The notes beneath the pieces are model-generated. The model was given only the letters and a program-made list of their open reading frames with translations. It ran no database searches and was not told the DNA's origin. From contig JAZUKH010000280.1 of the NCBI GenBank assembly GCA_045643185.1, positions 1,448 to 65,447 on the forward strand: 64,000 nucleotides of DNA, in the 5' to 3' direction. The position numbers and the translations under genes were made by a program. Source of the DNA: Myxococcota bacterium. GTDB lineage: Bacteria > Myxococcota_A > Bradymonadia > UBA4248. This document shows positions 18,151 through 29,974 of the stretch, one piece after another. Positions within the stretch are counted from its first letter, which is position 1, and each line of letters starts with the position of its first letter.

Positions 18151-19557
18151 CTATTTGGCGAGTAGCTGTCCGCAGGCGCCACCCACGTTGACGCCACGGG
18201 CTTCTCGAAGCGTGACAAGGCATCCGGCGTCCTGCATGATCTTAATAAACGCCTGGATGCGCTCATTCGTCGGTGCCTGAAACACGAGACGCGGCGTAGG
18301 ATTGTATGGAATCACGTTGATGTTGTGCGGCAAGTCCTTGGCAAACTCGGCCAGACGCCGCGCATCGTCGTCGGAATCGTTGACATCGCGCAACAAAACG
18401 TATTCGAGCAAAACTTTTTCGTGCGAGCGATAAGGCCAGTCGACGAGCGCCTCGTGGATCTGAGCAAGCCCAAAGCGTTTGGTGATGGGCATGAGTTTGG
18501 CACGAACTTCGTCGGTCGTGGCATTGATGCTGATGGCCAGATTGGGACGCACCTTGGCGTTTTTGAGGCGCGGCAGCTCACTCAGCACGCCAGACGTCGA
18601 CAAGGTCATGCGCACCGGCGCAATGTTCAAACCGCACTCGCAAGAAAGCACCTCGATCGCGCGCAGCACGTTGTCGAGGTTCATCAACGCTTCGCCCATG
18701 CCCATGAACACGAGGTTGACCGAGTGCGAACGTTCAGGCCCGTAATTTTTGATCGCCCAAATGACCTGTTGCACGATCTCCCCCGCGGTGAGATTGCGTC
18801 GCAAACCGAGCGTCGCCGTAGCGCAAAACGCGCAGTTCATGGCGCAGCCGACCTGTGACGAGAGGCACAGCGTGACGCGCGGCGACTTGACGTCGCGCGG
18901 CATGTGAATGGTTTCAACCCGAGCGCCGTCTTTCAGCTCGTAAATGATGCGCGTCGTGCCGTCGTCGGCGCTTCGCGTCTCGGCAATGCGCATCGGCGTC
19001 GTGTCAAACGCCGTTTCAATCAGCATGGCAGGCTTGTGACCGATATCGGGCGCGTCGTCGACGTAGGTCCACGGCCTTTGCAGCGCGCGAAACAGGTGTT
19101 CGCCGCCAGCACGCGTGGGCAGTGCCTCCAGATCTTCGGGCAAAGCCGCATAGATCGAGGGATTCTGAGCCAATGCGTTTTGGACGGCTGGCAAAAACTC
19201 ACGATCAGCTTCGGTAAGGTCGAGCTTTTCGGCCTCGTCGATCGTAAACCAACCCACGGCCTGGTGTTCATTGAGCGTCATCTGGTCGGATTCGAGCCAC
19301 ACGCGGTAAAGGTGCACGCGGATCGTGCGATCGGGGTCATGCGTTTCGCGCGTCGTAACGTACTGCGTCGGATAGGCGGTAAGCCCAAGTTCCTCGTGCA
19401 GCTCACGGGCCAGCGCGTCTTCGGGACGTTCACCGGGTTCAATTTTGCCGCCGGGAAACTCCCATTGGCCGCCATGAGACTTTTGAGCACCGCGCTGGGC
19501 GGCAAAAAAACGCCCTCGTCTGAGGATGAGGGCGGCAACGACTTCTATTTCAAGCAT
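18151..19557 (-). CDS. rlmN: fusion protein: N-terminal NUDIX (MutT-like) hydrolase plus C-terminal radical-SAM rRNA/tRNA m2A methyltransferase RlmN
   Basis: NUDIX box 'GGKIEPGERPEDALARELHEELGL'. RlmN motifs 'SSQVGCAMNCAFCATATLGLRRNLTAGEIVQQV' and C-terminal 'GGACGQL'. Confidence 0.85.
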   Translation of the reverse strand: MLEIEVVAALILRRGRFFAAQRGAQKSHGGQWEFPGGKIEPGERPEDALARELHEELGLTAYPTQYVTTRETHDPDRTIRVHLYRVWLESDQMTLNEHQAVGWFTIDEAEKLDLTEADREFLPAVQNALAQNPSIYAALPEDLEALPTRAGGEHLFRALQRPWTYVDDAPDIGHKPAMLIETAFDTTPMRIAETRSADDGTTRIIYELKDGARVETIHMPRDVKSPRVTLCLSSQVGCAMNCAFCATATLGLRRNLTAGEIVQQVIWAIKNYGPERSHSVNLVFMGMGEALMNLDNVLRAIEVLSCECGLNIAPVRMTLSTSGVLSELPRLKNAKVRPNLAISINATTDEVRAKLMPITKRFGLAQIHEALVDWPYRSHEKVLLEYVLLRDVNDSDDDARRLAEFAKDLPHNINVIPYNPTPRLVFQAPTNERIQAFIKIMQDAGCLVTLREARGVNVGGACGQLLAK

Positions 19558-19587
19558 ATCAACACAGTGTTGTTCAATGGAACTGAA

Positions 19588-20202
19588 TTATCGACGCGGT
19601 TGAGGCGGCATACAACCACCATTATTCTTACGGCGCGCTTGAGCCGCAGGCGCCTGCTGATGTGTGTGTTTGGGCTGAGGCGCCCCCGCATAGCCATTGA
19701 CTTTACGCGGCACGGCGCACCCCTGGTGTGCCGCAGCGTTCTCGATGTCGGCATCGCTGACGCCGGGGCGACGACCGCGTTGCTGCACCATAACCTGACG
19801 CTGGACGGGCGCTTCGACGATTTCATCATCATTTTCGCTCACAGCGATCATCAACTGCGTGCACGAAATGATGACGCCGATCTTCACGAGAAAGAGAAAA
19901 TTGACGTCGGTCGTCGTAACCAAAAAGCACTTGGTAAGCCAGACAACGAGCTCGATGAGCGACAAGGCAATGGCGGCCATGAGCGCGTAAGGAATGCGCA
20001 TCAAAATACCGACGCCGCAAAGCACGACGAGCGCATAAAACGGCAACGTCACGATGCCATAACCTGAATTGGCGAGCGATTCGTAGCCACCAAACGCCCC
20101 CAAAAATCCCATGACGAGAACGAGGGCGCCACCGAATATGCAACCGCCCACGGCGATCATGCGTTGTCCCAGGGATGATTTTCTGTAATTTTCGTGAATC
20201 AT
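19588..20202 (-). CDS. hypothetical polytopic membrane protein
   Basis: Four or five predicted hydrophobic helices; no recognisable motifs. Confidence 0.45.
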   Translation of the reverse strand: MIHENYRKSSLGQRMIAVGGCIFGGALVLVMGFLGAFGGYESLANSGYGIVTLPFYALVVLCGVGILMRIPYALMAAIALSLIELVVWLTKCFLVTTTDVNFLFLVKIGVIISCTQLMIAVSENDDEIVEAPVQRQVMVQQRGRRPGVSDADIENAAAHQGCAVPRKVNGYAGAPQPKHTHQQAPAAQARRKNNGGCMPPQPRR

Positions 20203-20259
20203 AATAGCCTCAAACGGTTTTCACGCGTTGCCGCAACGAATTTTGCCGGGTTCACGCGC

Positions 20260-20994
20260 CTAACCGCGCTTTTCGCCGCTCGATCGCGTATCGCGCGCCA
20301 ACGCGCAAAGCTGATCGACATGTTCATTGTACTGAATCCCGACGTGCGCGCGCACTTTTTTGAGCTGCAAATTCGGAAATGTCGCCATAACCTCCTGAAT
20401 CTGCGCGATGAGTTCCTTATTGGCTTTGGCTTTCATGCCCCCCGTCAGCACACCGATCGCGTAAGCGGAGTCCGAGTAAATGATGACGGGCAGCGATTTA
20501 TTGGTAATACGCTGCATCGCGCGCAAAATCGCCGTCAATTCAAGCACATTGTTCGTCGTATGCTCGTAGAACTCCCAAATTTCAAGCTTGTGCGCGCCAA
20601 AGAGCATAAGCACGCCCAGCCCGCCCGGTCCGGGATTCGGACTACACCCGCCATCGGTATAAACGACGATCATGCCGGGCGGGATCGTCCCGTCATCACG
20701 CGGCGTTTCTGGCTTTTCGAGGCATTCTTTGCGCGGCGCGGGCGCTGACTTTTTATCGGTCTTTGGCTGCGTCTGAGCCGGCGTAAAATCGCGCGATTCC
20801 GGCATCGCACCTTCGATATACGAAAGGTTCGAACGCTTCGCACTATAAGCCGGTGCCCCATCTTCAAGCTTGTAAACAAAGCGCACAACGCCGTTTTCCT
20901 CGATCGGCGTCAGTTCGTCGTCCACGGGCACATAGACCTTATTGGCATGCTTAAAAACCATTCGAAGCCATTTCATGTCGCAACCTTCAGGCAT
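20260..20994 (-). CDS. rnhA: ribonuclease HI with an about 100-aa N-terminal extension
   Basis: 'VYTDGGCSPNPGPGGLGV', 'ELTAILRAM', 'VRAHVGIQYNEHVDQLCALA' are RNase H motifs. The N-terminal roughly 100 aa have no RNase H homology. Confidence 0.8.
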   Translation of the reverse strand: MPEGCDMKWLRMVFKHANKVYVPVDDELTPIEENGVVRFVYKLEDGAPAYSAKRSNLSYIEGAMPESRDFTPAQTQPKTDKKSAPAPRKECLEKPETPRDDGTIPPGMIVVYTDGGCSPNPGPGGLGVLMLFGAHKLEIWEFYEHTTNNVLELTAILRAMQRITNKSLPVIIYSDSAYAIGVLTGGMKAKANKELIAQIQEVMATFPNLQLKKVRAHVGIQYNEHVDQLCALARDTRSSGEKRG

Positions 20995-21100
20995 TTTTTG
21001 GGAAGGCTCGCCTATGGCCGCGTTGCGACCATACGGCTCGCTGGCGCTGCCTATTCGCGTTGCGAATACGGCGCGCCTTTTTTAGGCTTCCCAACGGAAC

Positions 21101-22894
21101 TTAGTTCTTACCAATAACAATGATGAGTACCACAGCCGCCAAAATGACGATGAGCAAACAAATGCAGGCCACAAGTGCCCCAAAGTGCCATTCGTAAAGT
21201 TCGTCAATGATCTGATTGAACTTACGCTTAAACGCGCCAGCCGCACGCCCCACGGGCGATTCAACCAGACGCGTCACAGGTTCGGACAGCATAATGCGCT
21301 CAAACCACGCCATTTCACCCAAACGCGTCGAACGCATGGAGCGACCGATCATCCTGCTCGACAGAAACTTCGTCTTCTGTTCGTGAAAAACAGGTGGCGG
21401 CTCTTCATCCTGTGTCTGAGGATGCCATTCAGCATTACGATCCATTCGACTGATCTGGTGATTCTGTAAAAACTTGGTTTTCTGCGAATGAAAAACCGGC
21501 GGCGGATCCTCGTCCTCCCCCACTCGCCTGTTCAGGCAATTCGCCGGAAGACGCGGTGCCTCGATGGTCGGTTGACGATACGACGCAGATACCTGACAAT
21601 TCTGAACCTGATGAGGATTCACGATGCCAGCATCGTTCGTCTTCATATATTCGTTCATTTCGTCTTCCGAACCAGTGCAGAACATGAGCGTATTGGCGCT
21701 GCTGATATCTTCGATGACGGGCTGATCCAGGTTGACCGTAGCATCCGCGTCATCACTGACTGGACGACGCGGATACAATTCAGGATGCGCCATCGACGGC
21801 GGTAACGGCAAATTGAGACGACTCATGTCGTCGGTCGGCGCGTTGTCATCTTCAGCAAACTCGTCGTAAACGACCGTGCCCTGACTCGACGTGGCGCCAA
21901 CTTCATCCTCCGGCGTCTTGAAGATCGCCGTGTTGAACGCACTAATGTCTTCCGAAGAATACTCGGACAGGTTAATGCTAGTCTCGTTGGTCGCAGGAAA
22001 AACTGGGACGTTCGACGACACCTTGTCGTAAACGTCAAACCACGCTTTGTAACGCGTCTCGATGTCTTTCAGGTCGTTGATCATCTCTTGCGCATTGGCA
22101 TAGCGCATCGAGACATCCTTGGCGATCGCCTTCCTGAAAACATCAAACAACGGCCCCTCACAATACGGCTTGGGGATCTCGGGAAACTCTTTGAGCTGAC
22201 GCTGAATGACATCGCTCAAATTCTTGCCTGCAAATGCCTGTTTGCCCGTCAACATCTCAAAAAAGACGAGACCGATCGCATAGATATCGCTGTGAGGACC
22301 GAGGTTTTTGCCAAAGAACTGTTCAGGCGGCATGTACTGCGGCGTCCCAAAACCGACCGAATTTTGGAAAAATTGCTTGGTCAGGTCGGGTTGCGTGCCG
22401 TCAAAGGCTTTTGCGATACCGAAGTCGAGCAATTTCACGGTGTCACAATCGTAGCCCTCGTGAATCAGCATAATGTTGGCCGGCTTCAAATCGCGGTGAA
22501 TAATTGACTGGTTGTGCGCTTCGCCAAGGGCGCTCAAAACCTGTGTAATGACCTTGACCGAGTAGCTGTATGAGAGCGGCGCATTTTGTTTAATGGCATT
22601 TTCGAGGTTGATGCCGTTGACGAACTCCATGACGAGGTAGAGCGTGCCATCGGGCAAAGCGCCGTATTCATAGACCTGAACGATGTTCGGGTGACAGAGC
22701 TTGGACGAACACGAAACCTCGCGTAAAAAGCGCTGCTGTTGGTCGGGGAGCTGATTGGTATCACCTGGGCGCGAGCATTTGATGCCGACGTCGACACCCG
22801 TGTTGATATCCCGGGCACGAAAGACATCGCCGAAGCCACCATCACCGATCTTATCCTCAATGATGTAATGAGATAACTGTTCCCCAATATTCAT
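21101..22894 (-). CDS. Ser/Thr protein kinase (Hanks-type) with C-terminal TM anchor
   Basis: 'IGDGGFGDVFRARD', 'HRDLKPANIML' and 'DFGIAKAF' are kinase motifs. C-terminal TM 'LVACICLLIVILAAVVLIIVIG'. Confidence 0.9.
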   Translation of the reverse strand: MNIGEQLSHYIIEDKIGDGGFGDVFRARDINTGVDVGIKCSRPGDTNQLPDQQQRFLREVSCSSKLCHPNIVQVYEYGALPDGTLYLVMEFVNGINLENAIKQNAPLSYSYSVKVITQVLSALGEAHNQSIIHRDLKPANIMLIHEGYDCDTVKLLDFGIAKAFDGTQPDLTKQFFQNSVGFGTPQYMPPEQFFGKNLGPHSDIYAIGLVFFEMLTGKQAFAGKNLSDVIQRQLKEFPEIPKPYCEGPLFDVFRKAIAKDVSMRYANAQEMINDLKDIETRYKAWFDVYDKVSSNVPVFPATNETSINLSEYSSEDISAFNTAIFKTPEDEVGATSSQGTVVYDEFAEDDNAPTDDMSRLNLPLPPSMAHPELYPRRPVSDDADATVNLDQPVIEDISSANTLMFCTGSEDEMNEYMKTNDAGIVNPHQVQNCQVSASYRQPTIEAPRLPANCLNRRVGEDEDPPPVFHSQKTKFLQNHQISRMDRNAEWHPQTQDEEPPPVFHEQKTKFLSSRMIGRSMRSTRLGEMAWFERIMLSEPVTRLVESPVGRAAGAFKRKFNQIIDELYEWHFGALVACICLLIVILAAVVLIIVIGKN

Positions 22895-22918
22895 GACTAC
22901 GCCAACATTCGATTCAAA

Positions 22919-23527
22919 CTAGAAATTTTCCGCACCATTCGTGGGCGGCGCATCATTTGTGGGGCTCCAGGCGCCTTCGGTATAAATGGAGACGCTATGT
23001 TGCCAGCATTGTGCAGCGATAGGTTTGGACGCGCCGACACAATCTTCGATACAGGCATCGAGCAAGTCTTCGCGTTCCGATTCCTGAGCAGATTCGGGCA
23101 ATTTATCGGCACATGGCTGCGCGCACGACTCTTCGAACGCGTTGTCTCTGGCCTCTTCGAGCGTGGGACCAATGGCTTCAGCGGTAAATTCCTGGCCTTC
23201 AAAAGCGATCTTGGCTTCACAACGCACGAGGTCGCCGATATCAGCCGGTTCATCAGGCGTCGCGTCATCCTGCTCAGCGGCGTCATTGGTATTTCCATCG
23301 GCGGCATTTTCAGCAGCGGCCGCCCCAGCCGGTGCGTCAGCGTCGGCTTGCTCGTCTGCCACTTGGTCTTCTGTGACAGCATCGCCAACAACTGCGCCGT
23401 TGTCATTCACTTCGACCGTTTGTGACGGCGCCGGCGCTGACGGTTCAGCGACCTTAGACGTCGTTCCACACGCAAACAACGTGAAGGCGAAAAGAAGCAC
23501 AAAACTATGTAAAACCAATGATCTCAT
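22919..23527 (-). CDS. hypothetical acidic lipoprotein
   Basis: Lipobox 'LFACGTT'. Asp/Ala-rich, with a Cys-rich C-terminus. Lies 24 bp upstream of the kinase gene. Confidence 0.5.
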   Translation of the reverse strand: MRSLVLHSFVLLFAFTLFACGTTSKVAEPSAPAPSQTVEVNDNGAVVGDAVTEDQVADEQADADAPAGAAAAENAADGNTNDAAEQDDATPDEPADIGDLVRCEAKIAFEGQEFTAEAIGPTLEEARDNAFEESCAQPCADKLPESAQESEREDLLDACIEDCVGASKPIAAQCWQHSVSIYTEGAWSPTNDAPPTNGAENF

Positions 23528-23640
23528 TCAATTATCCCATCACAAACCGATGCGGCTAATCCGCATCGGCGTTTTATAAGCCGAATCCGGCATTCGAGCA
23601 ACAATCATCCACCAAGCGATCAACGGGGGCGTCGACCTCT

Positions 23641-26532
23641 CTATTTCAGTTTTTCGAAATCAATGAGGTCCTCGATATCCGGTCCCTTTTTGTCATCAGC
23701 CTGACCGGCGTTGTCCTGCGCCTTTTTGAGTTCCGCCTCTTTTTGGGCTTCTTCAAAGTTTTTCTGAGCCACCGCGGCGTGCATATCGAAATCTTCCTCA
23801 ACTTCTTCGCGCTGAGCGGTATTATCATGGATCATATCGAGCTCAGTATAGGCAAACCCTTTGATGACGAGATCATCGGGTGCCGTTTTTTCGACCACTT
23901 CATCGGGATCAGTCGGCTCATCGAGCGTGAGTTTGAGTTCTTCGACGACGGGCTTTTTAGGCGCCTGATTTTTGAGTTCTTCGAGCTCGCGCAACGCCTC
24001 TTCGCGCTCTTTGATAGCCTGTTCACGGGCAGCAGCCTGTTTTTCAGCAATGAGTCTGGCCATTCGTTCGGCATAGGATTCCGGCATAGCCTTTGGCTCG
24101 TCATCATCATCGAGTTCAAGTTTGAGGGCATTGGCCGCTTTGGCGCGTTCAGCTTCTTCAATTTTTCGCTGCTGTTCGGCTTCGAGTTCTCGGATCTGTT
24201 CGCTGCGAGCGTCGCCAACCGACACCGTTTTGACCTGCACGTCTTTGAGCGCCTCAACAGGGTGAGCATCGAGACGAGCGAAGTCAGGCGCCTCATCTTC
24301 GTTAAGCACGAGGTGTTGATTTTCGAAAGCAGCCTCGCGTTGAGCCATCTGAGCCTCTTCGAGTTCACGAATCTGGGCTTCGCGCTCGGCGAGTGCAGCG
24401 CGTTCGGCGTTTGAAAGCACTTTGGGCTTTTTGACCTCGGTCTGAGCGTTCGAAGCCGCACCAGCAGCCGGTTTTTCGTCATCGAGCGTCATCTTGAGAT
24501 CATAGTGCGTTGCAGGCGCATCGTCATCGAAGAGACGCGTGAAGTCTTTGGCCTGAACGTCGCCAAACTCAGCCTCGGTGGAGCTTGTCGCACGGGCTTC
24601 GCGCGCCTGCTCGTACACCGATTTGACCGGCTCGACAGGCTTGACTTCGACGGGCTTCACGGGTTCCGGTTCTTCGTCGAGCGTCATTTTGAGATCATAG
24701 CTGGTCTTATGCTCGGTCGTAAAGAAATCGCCCGAGAAACTACGTGCCTTATCTTCAATGGCTTTTTGTTCTTCCGAACCGTCGTCGAATTTTGGGATCT
24801 CGTTTTCCTGGAGATTATCAAAAAACGCGTTGAAATCCTTACCCGTGTTGACAGCTTCAGCGGGCATGACCGATTCTTTTTCGACCTGGTCACGAATGGA
24901 CGAGTCATCGGCATCAGCCTGTTCAAAGAAGCTTGAAAAGTCTTTTTTGGGCTTCTCAGCTTCGTTTTCGGCATTTTCGGCTTTAAAATTCTCTTCGTCA
25001 GCGGCACGTCGATCATCGTCAGCGCTAAAGAAGCTGGAAAAGTCTTTGTGTTCGACCTCATCGGCATCCTCGTCATTGAGGTGATGCTCTTCGACATCGT
25101 TGAAGAACCCTGTGAAATCCTTAGCTTCTTTCTGCGCGTCAGCATCCTGAGTGGCATTTTCCTCGTTGGCGCGGCGAGCGGCCTCGTCATCGGCATCAGC
25201 GGCGTCAAAGTATCGTGCACTGGCTTCGACCGTCCCTTCGTCATCGGTCATTTTGAGCTGTTCGTGTACGTATTTTTCTGGTTCCGCGTTGAGCAACTCA
25301 GCTTCGCGTTCCGCGGCTTCAACAGCGAGTTTTGCGCGAACGGCTTCCTGTGCCTGACGCTGTCGTTCTTCAAAAAGCTTGGCTGCTTTCGCCTCGCTTT
25401 CTTCTTTGGCATCGTGGAAGCTGTTATCGACGTAGCCATTTTGGAGCTGGTCGGGATCCACGCCGGCATCCTGTAAGATCTTACGAGCTTCTTCGTCGAG
25501 TCCGGGCACTTCGATGCGGCGTTCGGGCATTTCCATGAGTCCCTTAATGAAGCAACGATATTCAGCGATGGCACCGGTTTCAGGCAGCTCGACGGTTTTT
25601 CCACGCAACGCGGCGAGTGCAATGATCGTAAGGATGGACGTGTCGTAATACTTGGGCACGGGGTAATGCTGCGGCGACAAGTAAGCGTCACCAGCTTTTT
25701 TTGCACAATCCTCGGCAAACCATTCGGCGACGGGCGCGAGCACTTCGCCGACCATGTCAAACTGCCCGTTGAGCACGCAGGCGATGGCGGTGTTAAGGCA
25801 GTCGTAGCGTCGAATCTTATTAAGAATGGACGCGGGCGGGTTACCGCGCAGGCTGTCGCGAGCCTTCATATACATATTCAGCGCCACGACGGCTTCGTCA
25901 TCAAACCCACGGCCGATCGAAGCCAGCACACCGGCATAAATGACGGCGCTCAAACCAGCGAGTTCGTAGAAGTCGGCACAAAAGTCACGGCGGAAGAAGG
26001 AAGTCATGAGGTTTGCTTCTTCCATGACGTCGTCAGACGCCGTTTTGCCGATGACCATCATCAGTGGAATGCCATACGTCGCGGCGAATTCCATGGTGAG
26101 CATGGGCATGCCGCTCATGATGCCAACTTCGACGGGCATGATACGGCGCGTCATGAACATTTCGGGCGGCTTGAGTTCGAGGTGCATGGAAGCGCGGTCG
26201 TGCAGACAGCGTGCGGCCATGAACATATCGTCGATGACTTCGAACACGTCGTCACCGGCGGCAAACCTGAGTTGAGAACGCTGCAGATACCAGTCAAGAT
26301 TACGGTAATCGGTCTCATCGCAGTGTTTGCTGAAGAAATCGGTACACTCGTCGAGCCTGGCATCGATGGCTGCAAGATCGATATTTTTGATACGTGCGTC
26401 ACCGCGTGGCGCGGTTTCAAACTCGTTGACCACGGTCGGTTCAAAAGATTCGGGGTTCAAATTTTGTTTTGTATTCGTCGAATCCGTATCGCTCATGCGT
26501 TTTCTCCTCAGCAAAATAAGTTTGGTCTGCAT
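23641..26532 (-). CDS. large hypothetical protein: N-terminal globular region plus long acidic disordered C-terminal half with repeated short linear motifs
   Basis: 963 aa. C-terminal half contains 'KDF[ST]xFF' (five or more occurrences) and 'LK[ML]TLD[DE]E' (about five occurrences), with Glu/Asp/Ala-rich coiled-coil-like stretches. Confidence 0.6.
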   Translation of the reverse strand: MQTKLILLRRKRMSDTDSTNTKQNLNPESFEPTVVNEFETAPRGDARIKNIDLAAIDARLDECTDFFSKHCDETDYRNLDWYLQRSQLRFAAGDDVFEVIDDMFMAARCLHDRASMHLELKPPEMFMTRRIMPVEVGIMSGMPMLTMEFAATYGIPLMMVIGKTASDDVMEEANLMTSFFRRDFCADFYELAGLSAVIYAGVLASIGRGFDDEAVVALNMYMKARDSLRGNPPASILNKIRRYDCLNTAIACVLNGQFDMVGEVLAPVAEWFAEDCAKKAGDAYLSPQHYPVPKYYDTSILTIIALAALRGKTVELPETGAIAEYRCFIKGLMEMPERRIEVPGLDEEARKILQDAGVDPDQLQNGYVDNSFHDAKEESEAKAAKLFEERQRQAQEAVRAKLAVEAAEREAELLNAEPEKYVHEQLKMTDDEGTVEASARYFDAADADDEAARRANEENATQDADAQKEAKDFTGFFNDVEEHHLNDEDADEVEHKDFSSFFSADDDRRAADEENFKAENAENEAEKPKKDFSSFFEQADADDSSIRDQVEKESVMPAEAVNTGKDFNAFFDNLQENEIPKFDDGSEEQKAIEDKARSFSGDFFTTEHKTSYDLKMTLDEEPEPVKPVEVKPVEPVKSVYEQAREARATSSTEAEFGDVQAKDFTRLFDDDAPATHYDLKMTLDDEKPAAGAASNAQTEVKKPKVLSNAERAALAEREAQIRELEEAQMAQREAAFENQHLVLNEDEAPDFARLDAHPVEALKDVQVKTVSVGDARSEQIRELEAEQQRKIEEAERAKAANALKLELDDDDEPKAMPESYAERMARLIAEKQAAAREQAIKEREEALRELEELKNQAPKKPVVEELKLTLDEPTDPDEVVEKTAPDDLVIKGFAYTELDMIHDNTAQREEVEEDFDMHAAVAQKNFEEAQKEAELKKAQDNAGQADDKKGPDIEDLIDFEKLK

Positions 26533-26725
26533 TCATGCGGCGTATTCGCGCACGCGAATAGCCGCATGGCGTCGGGCGTATTCGCAAAGCGAATAGCCCG
26601 CGCTCCCCAAAATATCCCAAATAATCGTCATTTCAGCGTTGCAACGTGTTTTCCGTAGCAACGACGCGAGCCTTAGGCGTTTTCATTCAGCGCAGCTCGC
26701 ATTTCAAACATCCCAAGCACGCGGA

Positions 26726-28624
<1,899 letters not shown>

Positions 28625-28761
28625 AATATGCCCCGTAATCAGAGCTGCACGACGCAGCGGTAAAAAAAATGCGCGTGCATTTTAACTGTACGGCCTATTT
28701 AACGCAAGAAAGGACGCGCAAATTTGGACATTATTTGCGCGTCAGGATCTGTTTGCCGAAC

Positions 28762-29925
28762 TCAGTGGATCGCCGAGAACATTCGGTTTGCACGCAAGCC
28801 GTGTGTGCCGCTGCTCCACCAGATGATCTGTGCGCGTCCTTTGATATTGTCGACGGGCACCTGTCCCCAACATCGCGAGTCGAGCGAGTTGTCGCGGTTA
28901 TCGCCCATCGCGAAAAAGTGACCTGGCTTAACGACGATCGGCCCAAAGTGACTATCGGTCTCGGGCAGTTGATGCGTCATCGTGGTGAATTCCGCGTCAC
29001 CGTGCCGCACGTGGTTCCAATAACCTTCACGTCGGTCAGAAATACCGAATTTATTGATGACCGTGTGCTGATAATACGGCGTCGAATTTATCGGTTCGCC
29101 ATTGACGAGCACGACCTGGTTGATGACCTCGATACGGTCACCTTCCACCCCGATAACGCGCTTAATGTAGTCTTTCTCGCCCACGAGTGCTTCGGGGCGC
29201 ATACACAACGAGTTAGTGCGGGCGAGGTGTTCCGCGGCTTCCTGCTGTGGGAAGGCAAACACGACGACGTCACCGCGTTTCACGTCACTGAAATGTGCGA
29301 CATACTTGTTAAGGATCGGCAAACGGATGCCGTAACTCAACTTGGTAACGAAAAGCTGGTCGCCTTCAAGCAACGTAGGCACCATAGAACGCGTCGGGAT
29401 CTTAAACGGCTCGATGAAGAACGTACGAAGGATGAGCGCAAACACCAAGGCAAACATCAAGCTTTCGAAAACTTCACGCGTGGCGCTTTTTTCAAAGGGT
29501 TTGAGCGCGGTCGAAGCGATCTTTTTGACCGTGGCGAGTGCCGCCAGGTCAACGCCTTGCGCACTGTCGAGCGATTCTTTAAGTTTTTGAGACGCCGCAA
29601 CGAAATTCTGTTCTGCGTCTTTATCAATTTTGCCCTTACCCGCTTTGTAGAGCTTCATGGCGTCTTTGAGCGCGACTTTGGCGTCTTTGCGCATCTTGGG
29701 TGATGCGTCAAAAGCAACTTTGTTCGCAGCATCAGCCTTGTTCTCAGCGGATTCGCCATCGGACTCGTGATCAGACGGGGTGTCATTGGGCGTGTCAGCT
29801 TGGTTTTCAGCCTCAGACGGGGTGTCGTTGGGCATATCAGCCGACGTGACTTGGTTTTCAGCCTCAGACGGGGTGTTCTCAGGCGTCATAGGATTTGGTG
29901 TATCGTTTTCAGGCATACTAATCAC
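28762..29925 (-). CDS. lepB: signal peptidase I with an about 150-aa acidic repetitive N-terminal extension
   Basis: 'RSMVPTLLEGDQLFV', 'GDVVVFAFP', 'KDYIKRVIGVEGDRIEV', 'FFAMGDNRDNSLDSRCWG' are LepB motifs. N-terminal repeats 'DTPSEAENQ'. Confidence 0.9.
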   Translation of the reverse strand: MISMPENDTPNPMTPENTPSEAENQVTSADMPNDTPSEAENQADTPNDTPSDHESDGESAENKADAANKVAFDASPKMRKDAKVALKDAMKLYKAGKGKIDKDAEQNFVAASQKLKESLDSAQGVDLAALATVKKIASTALKPFEKSATREVFESLMFALVFALILRTFFIEPFKIPTRSMVPTLLEGDQLFVTKLSYGIRLPILNKYVAHFSDVKRGDVVVFAFPQQEAAEHLARTNSLCMRPEALVGEKDYIKRVIGVEGDRIEVINQVVLVNGEPINSTPYYQHTVINKFGISDRREGYWNHVRHGDAEFTTMTHQLPETDSHFGPIVVKPGHFFAMGDNRDNSLDSRCWGQVPVDNIKGRAQIIWWSSGTHGLRANRMFSAIH

Positions 29926-29974
29926 AAAAAATCCCCCTTGTCCACGAGGTCAAGGGGGAATCTAATACGGGGGA

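Noticed and set aside
25666-26658. 330-aa plus-strand ORF
   Set aside because: Antisense to the 963-aa acidic protein gene and overlaps the intergenic REP hairpins.
28669-29703. 344-aa plus-strand ORF
   Set aside because: Antisense to lepB, which has unambiguous signal peptidase motifs.
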